A stretch of DNA of 64,000 nucleotides from Tubiluchus corallicola (GCA_030141605.1 JAQGDQ010001058.1:1-64000), one strand, 5' to 3'. Positions 51,601 to 63,340 are shown, numbered from the stretch's first letter. Notes: generated by a model from the letters alone, not told the origin. Numbers and translations: made by a program.

Positions 51601-54600
51601 GATTCAAATTCGATCTCTAGTAGAGAATGTTCACGCCTAATTGTTTTTATTCTATTGATTGTATATTGTATTTCAAATTTATATGTCAGTTAATGTGATT
51701 ATGTTATTAAATCAATAATTTTGAAACTGAACACAATAATATTTTGAAATCAATTAATTATTTTAAAATTTTGCACTTGCAGCATTTCTTTTGATCAGTA
51801 GTTCATTTTTTAGTGTGAGTGCAAATAGTGGAGGAAAGCTGTTTTAAATAATGATTTTGATTAAATTGGTGATTAAATTATTAAATTAATAATTCAAGAT
51901 CAAATGCTTGACGATGCAAGATTAAACTATCGTTGTGGATAGAAGCCTAGTTAGGTGTGGCATCACGTGACCAGCTGATGTTCGACCGCTTACGCAGAAG
52001 TAAAGATTGATGATGTAACCCTTATGCGCAGAAACTCACGGCGCATTGGGTAGTTAGACAAAAGTGTTTTGAGGCCCGCACCTTGGGGAGATGAGGAACT
52101 GACTTGAAGACGGAGGGCTGGCATTACTATCCCCTTATATTTACCGTGTTGTGTTTGATATTTAATAAATGGTTGCTTATTAAATAAAGTCTTGATAGTT
52201 TGCCATGCCCATCGTGGCTACCTCACACGCCACGCAATAAACAATAATCAGCAAGCAGCTTTAACCACAAGAATAAATAAACATTTAACCAAATTATTTT
52301 ACTCAAATATTAATTGTAATTTTCTTATGTTATTAGGTATTCCATACATCAGTGACTGTGTCATGGGCGAATTAGAGAAACTTGGTCCAAAATACAGAGT
52401 TGCTTTACGGTATCTATTTTTCACTTTCACTTCGGGGTGGTTTGTTGAACCTGCTTTTATTTTACATCCACTTTGACTTTGAAATGTTGTTTTTGCATAT
52501 TAATTGCTGTTCTATCTTTGTAGCTTTATCACTGCTAAACTGTTTTACAATGTGCTTTCAACTTTTTAGATATTTTGACATTGTAATACAGTAAACTTCA
52601 CTTAACTCAAATTCAACCGGACCAAAAAAAACTTTGAGTTAGGTGATGTTAACCATTTTCCAGAATAGAAACCCCAAACTCCTTCTCCAGATGGCGAGCT
52701 AAATAGAAGGCAGAAGGTCAACCCTTCTATACATTAACGATGAGATTTTGTCGACAGTTACATAAAGAATGACAAATTATGTTATCGTGTGAAACACGAT
52801 TTTTTATGTTACAAAATGACTCACAACATTCTTAAATAATATGACAATGGGGTTAGAGCATAAATTGCATTTTTGAGTTAGGTGGAGTGAATTACATGTA
52901 TTTTGATTAAATGGACCACAATTTTTGATTTGAGTTAGGCGAAACTTTGAGTTATATATTTTGGGTTAAGTGATATTTTTTCTGGGAAAAACGAAGGATT
53001 TCATCTGTTCCGCTGAAATTCTTTGAGTTAGGCGAAAATTTAAGTTATGCAGTTTTGAGTTATGTGGAGTTTACTGTATTATAAACAAACTGTATAAACA
53101 AACAATTTATGTAGTCAACTAAGTTATACAACAGCGCATTTCTCCTTCCCTGAGTTTAAAATAAAGTGAAATTGTGGATTTCGGCCTACTTTTTGCAAAT
53201 TATTTTTCCGTGATTTAATTGTCAGTGCTGTATAGTTGCTTCCATTTATGTTTTATTCACAGAATAGCTAAAGACCCACGATTTGAGAGGTTGCCATGTT
53301 CACACAAAGGAACTTATGCCGACGACTGCATTGTTCAGCGAGTAACGCAGGTACAGCTTTCATTAATCATACCATATTTGGTTACATTGATACTACACAT
53401 CTTCTAACTCAAATTCAACCGGACCAAAAAAAACTTTGAGTTAGGTGATGTTAACCATTTTCCAGAATAGAAACCCCAAACTCCTTCTCCAGATGGCGAG
53501 CTAAATAGAAGGCAGAAGGTCAACCCTTCTATACATTAACGATGAGATTTTGTCGACAGTTACATAAAGAATGACAAATTATGTTATCGTGTGAAACACG
53601 ATTTTTTATGTTACAAAATGACTCACAACATTCTTAAATAATATGACAATGGGGTTAGAGCATAAATTGCATTTTTGAGTTAGGTGGAGTGAATTACATG
53701 TATTTTGATTAAATGGACCACAATTTTTGATTTGAGTTAGGCGAAACTTTGAGTTATATATTTTGGGTTAAGTGATATTTTTTCTGGGAAAAACGAAGGA
53801 TTTCATCTGTTCCGCTGAAATTCTTTGAGTTAGGCGAAAATTTAAGTTATGCAGTTTTGAGTTATGTGGAGTTTACTGTATTATAAACAAACTGTATAAA
53901 CAAACAATTTATGTAGTCAACTAAGTTATACAACAGCGCATTTCTCCTTCCCTGAGTTTAAAATAAAGTGAAATTGTGGATTTCGGCCTACTTTTTGCAA
54001 ATTATTTTTCCGTGATTTAATTGTCAGTGCTGTATAGTTGCTTCCATTTATGTTTTATTCACAGAATAGCTAAAGACCCACGATTTGAGAGGTTGCCATG
54101 TTCACACAAAGGAACTTATGCCGACGACTGCATTGTTCAGCGAGTAACGCAGGTACAGCTTTCATTAATCATACCATATTTGGTTACATTGATACTACAC
54201 ATCTTCTAACCTTTTAATTTTCAAAAAATGTAGTAGTAAATTTTCTACCTTGACTCAAAGAGTAATGCAGGTGCAGCATTCATTAATCATACCATATTTG
54301 GTTACATTGATACTACACATCTTCTAACCTTTTAATTTTCAAAAAATGTAGTAGTAAATTTTCTGTTTCGGTTTGCCAATAATTGCACTTTCGGTTAAAT
54401 TTTGGTTTTGGCCAAATTTACTAAGTTTCATAGCCGAAATTTCGGATAATTTTTGGTAGCACTTATCCAAGGTTTTACTAGTTTTTATTCAATTTCCTTT
54501 TTCTTTTCTTTTAGATGTCAAAACTGCCGAAAAATCTAGGCTAAAATAGTTCAAATAAATCAAAAATTTTGTTTATATAACAGTGTGTGATGAGCTTTTA

Positions 54601-57600
54601 CCGGCAATGCCACGTATCTTCAGTGCTGACGACTGTGAAGTTTTAGGGTCTCCAGTCCCAATCAGCCAAAATGTCAAACATTTGAATTTACTTGAGCAAA
54701 ATCACGTCTAATTTTATAATTTATGAAATGTAGACAACAAAATATTTAGAAAATAAAATTTCATTTTTTTTTGAAGAAGCATTATAATCTTTGAACATTA
54801 ATTATTAAGGATACTTAAATCCAAAAACATTATAACACATTTTATAAGGTAAGCCACTCCAACAAACTCAAGGTTCTATACTATAAAATATCCTTGTCCT
54901 TTTTGTATTAGAATTTTGTCAGTAATTTTGCATCACAGTAAACAAAAGCAAACTAACAATAAACAAAGTTACTTATTTTAGAATTTTGTTTTTTTTCAGT
55001 TTTAATAATAGTTTCCGGTTTTCTACCTTTCATGAATTTCGGTTTCGTTTTGTAAATTTAGTTTGGTAACATCCCCGGGTACAGCATTCACTAAGTGACA
55101 CCCTATATGGTACATTGAAGTCGTTGATCATTCTATATCATCAAACCTTTTTCTTTCCAAAGAAATTTTTGAACGTAAATTTTTTGCCCTAATTCTTTTT
55201 GATTAGACCACATAAACTGAGGCTATTCCTCTGCCCTTATAAGTGTATTTCATATTCACAAACGAATTTATCATACAGGGATAAAGGGGATAAAGGCATA
55301 CCTGCTGTGTAATAAGTCTCGTTAGTAAGTTACAAGAATTCTTCTTTTTCTAGAACCCTGGATGTCCTGGTTAACTGTATTTTCAAAATTTGTTACGCTA
55401 GAATGTTTTGCAATTTTGTTTTCAATCTCTTTGGCTTGAGTGTTGAAGATCAAAAATAGACAATAGATTTCCAAAATAGCACAGACTTCTGGAAAATAGA
55501 CAAAGGTTTTGAAATTTTAATAAGTAGCTAGTCTATGATAGGTGTATGTAACTGTGTATCTAAAACTTTCCATCTCTTCCAACCGTATAATTTGTACTTT
55601 AATTAGTGCACAATAAATAAAAATTTCTTTCCAAGTATCTTGAATGTTATTACTAAACTACTAAAGCAAAGTTGGTAATGTTTAAACACCTTTAATTTAA
55701 CTAATTTATGTCTGCTTATTTAATTTCTTTAATTAATTTGCAAAAGTGATACAAAGTACCTGTTAACATTGTTCTAGAAGCGGGTGATAAGTGTACAATG
55801 TACATAGAAATTGCTTTAAAATCACAATTTCTTCAACAAATTCTGTTCGTGAGATTGTGATTTTAAAGCAACTTCTGTGTACATTGTTCACTTATCAAAT
55901 CTGTTCGTGAGATTGTGATTTTGGAGCAGTTTCTGTGTACATTGTTCACTTATTGAATCTGTTTGTGAGATTGTGATTTTAAAGCAGTTTCTGTGTACAT
56001 TGTTCACTTATCAAATCTGTTCGTGAGATTGTGATTTTGGAGCAGTTTCTGTGTACATTGTTCACTTATTAACTCTGTTCGTGAGATTGTGATTTTGGAG
56101 CACTTTCTGTGTACATTGTTCACTTATTAACTCTGTTCGTGAGATTGTGATTTTGGAGCAGTTTCTGTGTACATTGTTCACTTATTGAATCTGTTCGTGA
56201 GATTGTGATTTTGGAGCAGTTTCTGTGTACATTGTTCACTTATTGAATCTGTTCGTGAGATTGTGATTTTAAAGCAGTTTCTGTGTACATTGTTCACTTA
56301 TCAAATCTGTTTGTGAGATTGTGATTTTAAAGCAGTTTCTGTGTACATTGTTCACTTATCAAATCTGTTCGTGAGATTGTGATTTTGGAGCAGTTTCTGT
56401 GTACATTGTTCACTTATTAACTCTGTTCGTGAGATTGTGATTTTGGAGCAGTTTCTGTGTACATTGTTCACTTATTAAATCTGTGCATGAGATTGTGATT
56501 TTAAAGTGATTTCTGTGTACATTGTTCACTTATTAAATCTGTGCGTGAGATTGCAATTTTAAAGTGATTTCTGTGTACATTGTACTCTTATCACCCCCTC
56601 CAAAAACAGTGTTAACAGGTAGTTTCTATCACCTGCAAATTAGTTAAAGAAATTCTATTCTTATTATTACTTTTCTAATAATAAAAATATTAGTGTTATA
56701 TTAATAATATTACTAATAATGAAGATTTATTTAGAGTATGCATTTATCGCATTTCACAATGAAAATAATAGTGAACTAAATTGTCATGTTTACTGTAACT
56801 TCTTATTTTAAGTAACCACCCTAGCCCTGTTTGGTTAGGTTGGACAAAAAGAAGGTTTAATGAAAGAATTTTATGTGATTTTTTGACAGGCACAAGAATT
56901 ATCAGTATAAAAATTGTTAATGATATGTTTCTGCTACTATGCTTTTGTTGACCAAGTCTTTTTATAATGTATTTGTACATAGTTGTTGGCATTAGAAAAA
57001 AATTCTGTAAACAGTGTGGATGTATTAAATAGTTCTTGGCAACGGACAAATACGTTTCGGGATTATGCCATTAATTCTTGGAATGATGGTACATTTTGCA
57101 GAATAATTTTCTTAACTTTTGCTTTTTTGCTCTTGATATGTTTTCCTTGTTCGTTTAGCACAAGTGTTACATCGTGGCAACAAATGACAAGGATCTGAAA
57201 AGGAGAATCAGGAAAATTCCTGGAGTTCCTATCATGTACATAACCAAGCACAGGTAAGATTAGACTTGGTTTTAGTTAGGATTTTGTTGATTAAAGGACA
57301 AGAAAAGGGGTACCTAAAGTAGGGTTTAAAAATATGGCTTTAAAAATTATATTACTTTACAAGAATTTTATGCACATATCGTAGTCGCATTGAAAGGATT
57401 TTTTGTTTGTTTTCATTTTAAATCTCCCGCAATACTGTTCCGATGGTGCCATTACATGACGTCACTTACGCCATGTAAATCAGGGGAAGAGAAGGCAATG
57501 TTAAATTATGTCCCAAAAACTTTCCATGAAAATCTATATTACTTAGTATTTCGTTTACCTGCTGGAAAGACTTATGCAACTAGAAATAATAATTAAAGAT

Positions 57601-59786
57601 GTCCATGCCAATTGGGACGCTGGCTTGGGAAAATGCCGCTGGCTTCACCCTCCAGAGTGCTCAATTCACTAAACAAAAATGTATTTTTTAATTTTATTGA
57701 CAAGATATACAGTAATTTAAAATTTTATTTAATTAGTAATGTGCTTGCTATGCATGCTGTGATTATTTTTGCACGTAATGTTATCTAAACTTGCATCAAA
57801 CGACATACCATTAAATATCTGCTTAAATTTACAAATTTTATAAAGCAATACTGCCAACGCAAGCCCTGCACGCAAAAAGGCAGTACGTAAGTGGTATAAA
57901 ATTGCAAGACAAATTTTTTAAGCTTTATGTAAGTGGAGGGTTTTCTTATGCTTTAAATACAAATCAGCTGTTTATCGGGCTTGGAGTAAGTTACTAAACC
58001 CCTTACCTAGTTTATTTTTTATGTTCCAAAGCAAGATCCTGCTAGTAAATCACTCTACTCACAGACTAATGCATAATTAAGTAAAGTCCACGTAAAACAA
58101 CTGATGTTAATGAATTGATGTAGCAGACAGCTTTACTTTACACGCACGTCACATCACAGTTGTAGCTGCACTCCAAAGACACCCCAAAAATAAATTAAAA
58201 CGGGTTTTATGTTGATGTGAGGTGAATAGTCAAGTGGTTACCTTGTGTGCCATAGGCAACTGAAATTAAGCAACATTGAACCTGGTGAGTGCATAGATGC
58301 TTGACTGCCTGGTTCAGTACTCACATTGGATGTTTTTTTATACTGTTCTTTGCTATTTAACATTTACCATTTTGAAGAAGGAAGTATGTACATCAAGACA
58401 GCTATGACATCTCTGATAGTCCAACGTTTCATATTAAAGTTTTTTCCGTTATTGTAAATTATGGCCAACCACATCTGTCTGTATTAAAGCAAAACTGGAC
58501 TGCATTTTAAACTGCAAGTCAAAATAATCTACTCTTTAAGATATTGAAAAGAAACATACTGTTTCTCAAGAATAACTTATGTGAAAGAATTATTACAATG
58601 TAAACGCAATTTAACATTCATGCCACCAGTTCTTTCCTCCTACATGCATTTCACCATTCGCTAGTTTGACAGGCATTAGCGCCTGCATCTCAGAAACAGA
58701 TGTGTTAGTTTGTGACGAGCTGCACACATTCGACAGCTCATGCGTGAGCACAGCAGTAAATTTGAAATTTGAATTTTTATCTTAGAACTTGCCTACTTTT
58801 AGTACAACACACTGAATATCTTACAGTAGCACTGTACTTCAATTTTTGCTTTCGCAAACAGGTGCAACATGCTCATGGAATATTTTTGCTGTTGACAATT
58901 ATGTTAGTTTGTGATTTCATCAGTAGCTGGGCTCGCCCGCCATTAATTAAGTTTTTAATCTATTATTTAATTGTCAGTGATTTGTTTGCAGTTATTAATT
59001 GTGCTGCAACTAGGTAAGATTCTAACTAGCTGTTAAAACTGTTACTATTACAGTAGGTTGGGCTGCGAGGCGTTGTCAATTTTACACAGGTGCATTGTCT
59101 GATACACTTAACCTTTGACCTTTTCACGATCATCATCAATTGCTGGAACTGTGAAAAAGTTTATTGCTCAAAGCTTAAGTGACTAAATAAAGCTTGTACC
59201 AGTGTATCAGTAGTACCAGTGAAATGATGCATAATGGGTGCCATTAAAACAACTCATGCTGAGTACCATTAAAACAATGCACAATAGATACCATTAAAAC
59301 AACACATGCTGGATACCATTAAAACAATGCACAATAGATACCATTAAAACAATGTATGCTGGGTACCATTAAAACAACACATTCTAGGTACCATTAAAAC
59401 AATGCACAATAGATACCATTAAAACAATGTATGCTGGGTACCATTAAAACAACGCGTGCTGAGTACCATTAAAACTATGCACAATAGATACCATTAAAAG
59501 AATGTATGCTGGGTACCATTAAAACAACGCATGCTGGGTACCATTAAAACAATGCACAATAGATACCCTTAAGACAATGTTTGCCGGGTACCATTAAAAC
59601 AATGCATTCTAGGTACCATTAAAACAATGTATGATGGCTACCTATGTGTCGTTCAGAAATTATTGAAATGCAATGTAAGCTAGAAGTCACTTAGAGTCTG
59701 TGTTACTTACTGTAAGAAATAATTCTGTGTTTTACAGGTTTTCCATAGAAAGAATGCCTGATGCTTTTGGAGCACCGAAATTATAG
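42645..59786 (+). CDS. FCF1: rRNA-processing protein FCF1/UTP24 (PIN-domain endonuclease), 8 coding exons, 199 aa
   Basis: Exons 42645-42647 (ATG|gtaagt), 46911-46978, 47893-47967, 49768-49916, 52337-52409, 53263-53350 (or its identical copy 54065-54152), 57159-57253, 59738-59786; total 600 nt. Motifs [71 protein letters not shown]. Confidence 0.95.
43350..46773. repeat. 44/56-bp composite minisatellite
   Basis: 44-bp unit GTTGCCAAACCGTTCACATGTTGCAACTTTACTCTCAAAGAGAA with an optional 12-bp GTTGCACAAGAA. Confidence 0.98.
46911..46978 (+). CDS. FCF1: FCF1 exon 2
   Basis: [22 protein letters not shown]. Confidence 0.93.
47141..47745. mobile_element. TTAA MITE family C
   Basis: Full-length homology to 41871-42483. 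Confidence 0.8.
47893..47967 (+). CDS. FCF1: FCF1 exon 3
   Basis: Lys-rich [25 protein letters not shown]. Confidence 0.9.
49030..49567. mobile_element. TTAA MITE family A
   Basis: TTAA at both ends; internal homology to 1579-2086. Confidence 0.8.
49768..49916 (+). CDS. FCF1: FCF1 exon 4
   Basis: [30 protein letters not shown]...DCLYAK. Confidence 0.96.
49955..50561. mobile_element. TTAA MITE family C (reverse orientation)
   Basis: Reverse-complement homology to 41871-42483. Confidence 0.8.
51249..51639. mobile_element. hAT-like MITE family F
   Basis: TAGGGGTGAACA...TGTTCACGCCTA; 8-bp TSD ATTGTTTT. Confidence 0.9.
51934..52269 (+). mobile_element. Possible solo LTR
   Basis: TGTGG...CCACA termini, GC-richer body and internal AATAAA; no TSD found. 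Confidence 0.35.
52337..52409 (+). CDS. FCF1: FCF1 exon 5
   Basis: [25 protein letters not shown]. Confidence 0.96.
52589..53076. mobile_element. Tigger-like MITE, same family as 16227-16827 (truncated duplicate at 53405-53878)
   Basis: TA|CAGTAAACT...AGTTTACTG|TA. Confidence 0.85.
53263..53350 (+). CDS. FCF1: FCF1 exon 6, copy a
   Basis: [29 protein letters not shown]. Confidence 0.85.
54065..54152 (+). CDS. FCF1: FCF1 exon 6, copy b (identical duplicate)
   Basis: Same sequence and splice sites as copy a, offset by 802 bp. Confidence 0.8.
55843..56595. repeat. 58-bp minisatellite, ~13 copies, inside a foldback element (55725-56653)
   Basis: Unit CTGTTCGTGAGATTGTGATTTT(AA/GG)AGCAGTTTCTGTGTACATTGTTCACTTAT... 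Confidence 0.96.
57159..57253 (+). CDS. FCF1: FCF1 exon 7
   Basis: [32 protein letters not shown]. Confidence 0.96.
57295..57952. mobile_element. TTAA MITE family B
   Basis: TTAA|AGGACAAG...CTTATGCT|TTAA. Confidence 0.85.
58222..58320 (+). pseudogene. 5S rRNA-derived fragment / SINE3-like head
   Basis: ACTGAAATTAAGCAACATTGAACCTGGTGAGTGCATAGATGCTTGACTGCCTGG aligns without gaps to the recalled 5S internal control region (GAAGTTAAGCAACGTCGGGCCTGGTTAGTACTTGGATGGGTGACCGCCTGG). Confidence 0.6.
58488..59003. mobile_element. TTAA MITE family C (reverse orientation, truncated)
   Basis: Homology ends abruptly at ~59003. Confidence 0.75.
59241..59635. repeat. 25-bp minisatellite, ~16 copies, two interspersed variants
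   Basis: TACCATTAAAACAATGCACAATAGA / TACCATTAAAACAATGTATGCTGGG. Confidence 0.92.
59738..59786 (+). CDS. FCF1: FCF1 exon 8 (terminal)
   Basis: [15 protein letters not shown]. Confidence 0.94.
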
Positions 59787-59809
59787 CACTCATTGGTGTG
59801 GGAATGTTC

Positions 59810-60395
59810 ATGCAGTTTGTGAAAGAAACCACTACCAGCACAGCTTAAGCAGTGATGTATGGAGTGTTCTTGCAGGTTTTGAAAGAAACCACTACCAGCA
59901 CAGCTTAAGGTGTGAGGTGTGGTGTGTTCTTGCAGGTTGTGAAAGAAACCACTACCAGCACAGCTTAAGGTGTGAGGTGTGGTGTGTTCTTGCAGGTTTT
60001 GAAAGAAACCACTGCCAGCACAGCTTAAGCTGTGATGTGTGAAGTGTTGGTGCAGGTTGTGAAGGAAACCACTACCAGCACAGCTTAAGCTGTGAGGTGT
60101 GGAGTGTTGGTGCAGGTTGTGAAAGAAACCACTACCAGCACAGCTTAAGGTGTGAGGTGTGGAGTGTTGGTGCAGGTTGTGAAGGAAACCACTACCAGCA
60201 CAGCTTAAGCTGTGAGGTGTGGAGTGTTGGTGCAGGTTTTGAAAGAAACCACTACCAGCACAGCTTAAGGTGTGAGGTGTGGAGTGTTGGTGCAGGTTGT
60301 GAAAGAAACCACTACCAGCACAGCTTAAGCTGTGATGTGTGAAGTGTTGGTGCAGGTTGTGAAAGAAACCACTACCAGCACAGCTTAAGCAGTGA
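59810..60395. repeat. 60-bp minisatellite, 10 copies, in the FCF1 3' region
   Basis: GAAAGAAACCACTACCAGCACAGCTTAAG... with an exact 60-bp period. Confidence 0.97.
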
Positions 60396-60703
60396 CTTGT
60401 ACTTAATTATTATGAAGACTAGTGCTTCTTGTACTCTGTGTCCCTGTTTCAATATCAAAATAATAAATTAGCAAATCCGTTCAATTTTGTAAAAATGTTT
60501 TAATTCATTTGTGAATACACACTAGTAATGTAAGTTCAAACTGTCTTTGATAAAAATAATATAAAGTGAAATGAGATATTATCACCACAAATTTTTTCTA
60601 TGTAGCTGTATTACACACTTATTCTTTGTCTCTTGAAGTTGGGTTGGTCATTGTGCTTGGTGTGATGGTGTGTAGATAAATTAAAGTGCTCTGAATGTTT
60701 GTC

Positions 60704-63030
60704 TTAACCCAGAGCTTCAGACGGCCATTTTAAAGTACGTAAAAGACTTCCCATTTTGTTCTGTGCCGTATACTGTTCTAGCTGTCTTTCCGTTTGAGCC
60801 GACAGCCAGCCAATCTCATTAGATGTGGTTTTTGGGTACTTCAATGGTGGCTTCTTTCCTTTTGCAGGCTCTTTTGATGAAGGTGCTTTAATAGCTGATG
60901 CCCTCGTTGCCTTTTTTTCTCTCCCAGTCATTAGCTTCTCCATCTAAAAGAAGTTTCTAAGAGTAAATAAAGCAGCAGTATCCTGTACTTACTCATTTCT
61001 AAACGTAACACCTGCCTACAGGACATATTAAAAGTTATTGAACACGATTTTAAAAACACCGGCGTCAGTTAACTGCATTCCTCTTCACTTGAAATGCGTT
61101 AAATTAAAAATTGACAAGCATGATAAGAGTGGGTGCAATCTACCGGATATCTAGTTAAACTCAAATGATAAGAGTGGATGCAATCTACCGGATATCTAGT
61201 TAAACTCAAATGATAAGAGTGGATGCAATCTACCGGATATCTAGTTAAACTCAAATGATCAGAGTGGGTGCAATCTACCGGATATCTAGTTAAACTCAAA
61301 TGATCAGAGTGGGTGCAATCTACCGGATATCTAGTTAAACTCAAATGATAAGAGTGGATGCAATCTACCGGATATCTAGTTAAACTCAAATGATCAGAGT
61401 GGGTGCAATCTACCGGATATCTAGTTAAACTCAAATGATAAGAGTGGGTGCAATCTACCGGATATCTAGTTAAACTCAAATGATAAGAGTGGATGCAATC
61501 TACCGGATATCTAGTTAAATTCAAATGATCAGAGTGGGTGCAATCTACCGGATATCTAGTTAAACTCAAATGATAAGAGTGGGTGCAATCTACCGGATAT
61601 GTAGTTAAACTCAAATGACGTCAACACTACAAAGCTTTGGTAACAGTTGGAAAAAATCTATTCACTAGGTATGTGTTGAAATATATGCTAATTTGGTTTA
61701 CAATAAATTTTTTAAAGTATATTTTTACTGTCATGCAAAAAATAGCTACTCTAGGTTAAGTAAAGAATTTACAATAAGTTCACTTCAACCTATGTAAATG
61801 TCGCTAAAGTATATTATGAGTAAAAAATGTTCGAGACTTGTGTGGGCAAGGGTGGCTCTGTGTGAGGGGGCCCCATAATATCATTAGCCTAGAGGCCCCA
61901 AAGAGTCATAATCCGGCCCTGCCTATATGCATTTCAACCAAAATTGAGCTTTTTAGAAATTAGCTGCTCATCTAGAACTTTACTGGTGCAAAACATGGCT
62001 TCGAAGTGAAAACTGAATGAGTTTTTTATACAGGGCAACAGAGAATTGATTAAGAAATCTAATCATTAGAATAATCACTTGGCAAAAAATGTAGCTTTTT
62101 TTCTAAACAGTGTGGACCTATGCATATAATATTTTTGTACTTTGGGTTTTAATAAAATTGTTAACTATGTCTAATGTTACTGTTTAGTGTGTTTGCTGCT
62201 GTACTATACTGTACTATGTAAAGACTTATATCAGGAGTACAGTCTTAAAATAAGATAATGTGATGTACGAGTGTTTCTGAAGAATTTTCATAATTTTGAG
62301 ACTGTACTGTGTACTAGATGTTTGATAGTGTAACGTACGAGTGTTTCTGAAGAATTTTCATAATTTTGAGACTGTACTGTGTACTAGATGTTTGATAGTG
62401 TAACGTACGAGTGTTTCTGAAGAATTTTCATAATTTTGAGACTGTACTGTGTACGAGATGTTTGATAGTGTAATGTACGAGTGTTTCTGAAGAATTTTCC
62501 TAATTTTGAGACTGTACTGTGTACGAGATGTTTGATAGTGTAATGTACGAGTGTTTCTGAAGAATTTTCCTAATTTTGAGACTGTACTGTGTACGAGATG
62601 TTTGATAGTGTAATGTACGGGTGTTTCTGAAGAATTTTCCTAATTTTGAGACTGTACTGTGTACGAGATGTTTGATAGTGTAATGTACGAGTGTTTCTGA
62701 AGAATTTTCATAATTTTGAGACTGTACTGTGTACGAGATGTTTAATAGTGTAATGTACGAGTGTTTCTGAAGAATTTTCATAATTTTGAGACTGTACTGT
62801 GTACGAGATGTTTGATAGTGTAATGTACGAGTGTTTCTCATATTTCTGCATAATGTTCTAACAGCTGGATGGATAGCTTTATGATTTATTAATATTACTG
62901 TTTTTAAATAATAGTCCCCCTATTAGGTAGCAAAGTTCAATAATTTACCTTCTCATATTCGTCTGATATAATACCCCACCTAGCGGCCCAGGTTCGTGCA
63001 GAGTCCAGCTCATGTTTTATGTGGTTTTTC
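60704..63030 (-). CDS. C20orf85/CIMIP1 (LLC1 family)-like ciliary microtubule inner protein; last two exons, upstream exon(s) not found in window
   Basis: Exons 63030-62949 (KNHIKHELDSARTWAARWGIISDEYEK) and 60943-60704 (...YPKTTSNEIGWLS...LLRTLKWPSEALG*), GT-AG and in phase. The W.x.WG, P.TT...IGW.S and terminal L.WP motifs resemble C20orf85. Confidence 0.75.
61120..61618. repeat. 45-bp minisatellite, ~11 copies
   Basis: TACCGGATATCTAGTTAAACTCAAATGATAAGAGTGGGTGCAATC. Confidence 0.96.
62265..62838. repeat. 70-bp minisatellite, ~8 copies
   Basis: GTACGAGTGTTTCTGAAGAATTTTCATAATTTTGAGACTGTACTGTGTACGAGATGTTTGATAGTGTAAT. Confidence 0.96.
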
Positions 63031-63094
63031 CTAATAAATTAAAAAAATATTATAAAAATGAGCATAGAATTTTTGATTAGGTTATGATATCATT

Positions 63095-63340
63095 GCTGCT
63101 GTTGCTGTTACTGTTACTGCTGTTGTTGTTATTGTTGCTGCTATTGTTGTTGTTGCTGCTGTTGTTGTCGTCGCGTCGTCGTCATTGTTCTTGTTTCTGC
63201 TGCTGCTGCTGTTGTTGTTGCTGCTGTTGGTGTTGGTGTTATTGTTACTATTGTTGTTGATGTTGTTCTTGTTGGTCTTGTCTTTCCTGTTGGTCTTGTT
63301 TCTGCTGCTGCTGTTGTTGTTGCTGTTGTTGTCGTCGTCC
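63095..63340. repeat. (GTT/GCT)n low-complexity triplet repeat
   Basis: Seen directly; a similar tract lies at 63920-64000. Confidence 0.9.

Larger units (their letters stand above)
52603..54210. repeat. 802-bp identical tandem duplication containing FCF1 exon 6
   Basis: 52603-53408 matches 53405-54210 by eye; TAAC overlap at the junction. Confidence 0.95.

Noticed and set aside
47968-59737. Intronic snoRNAs in FCF1
   Set aside because: No convincing C/D box pair with terminal stem or H/ACA fold was seen by eye; a covariance-model search would be needed.
59761-60342. ERNHYQHSL-repeat ORFs after FCF1
   Set aside because: Out of frame with FCF1, generated by the 60-bp repeat and interrupted by TGA.
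61099-62841. 171-aa and 113-aa - strand ORFs
   Set aside because: Products of the 45- and 70-bp minisatellites within the CIMIP1-like intron.
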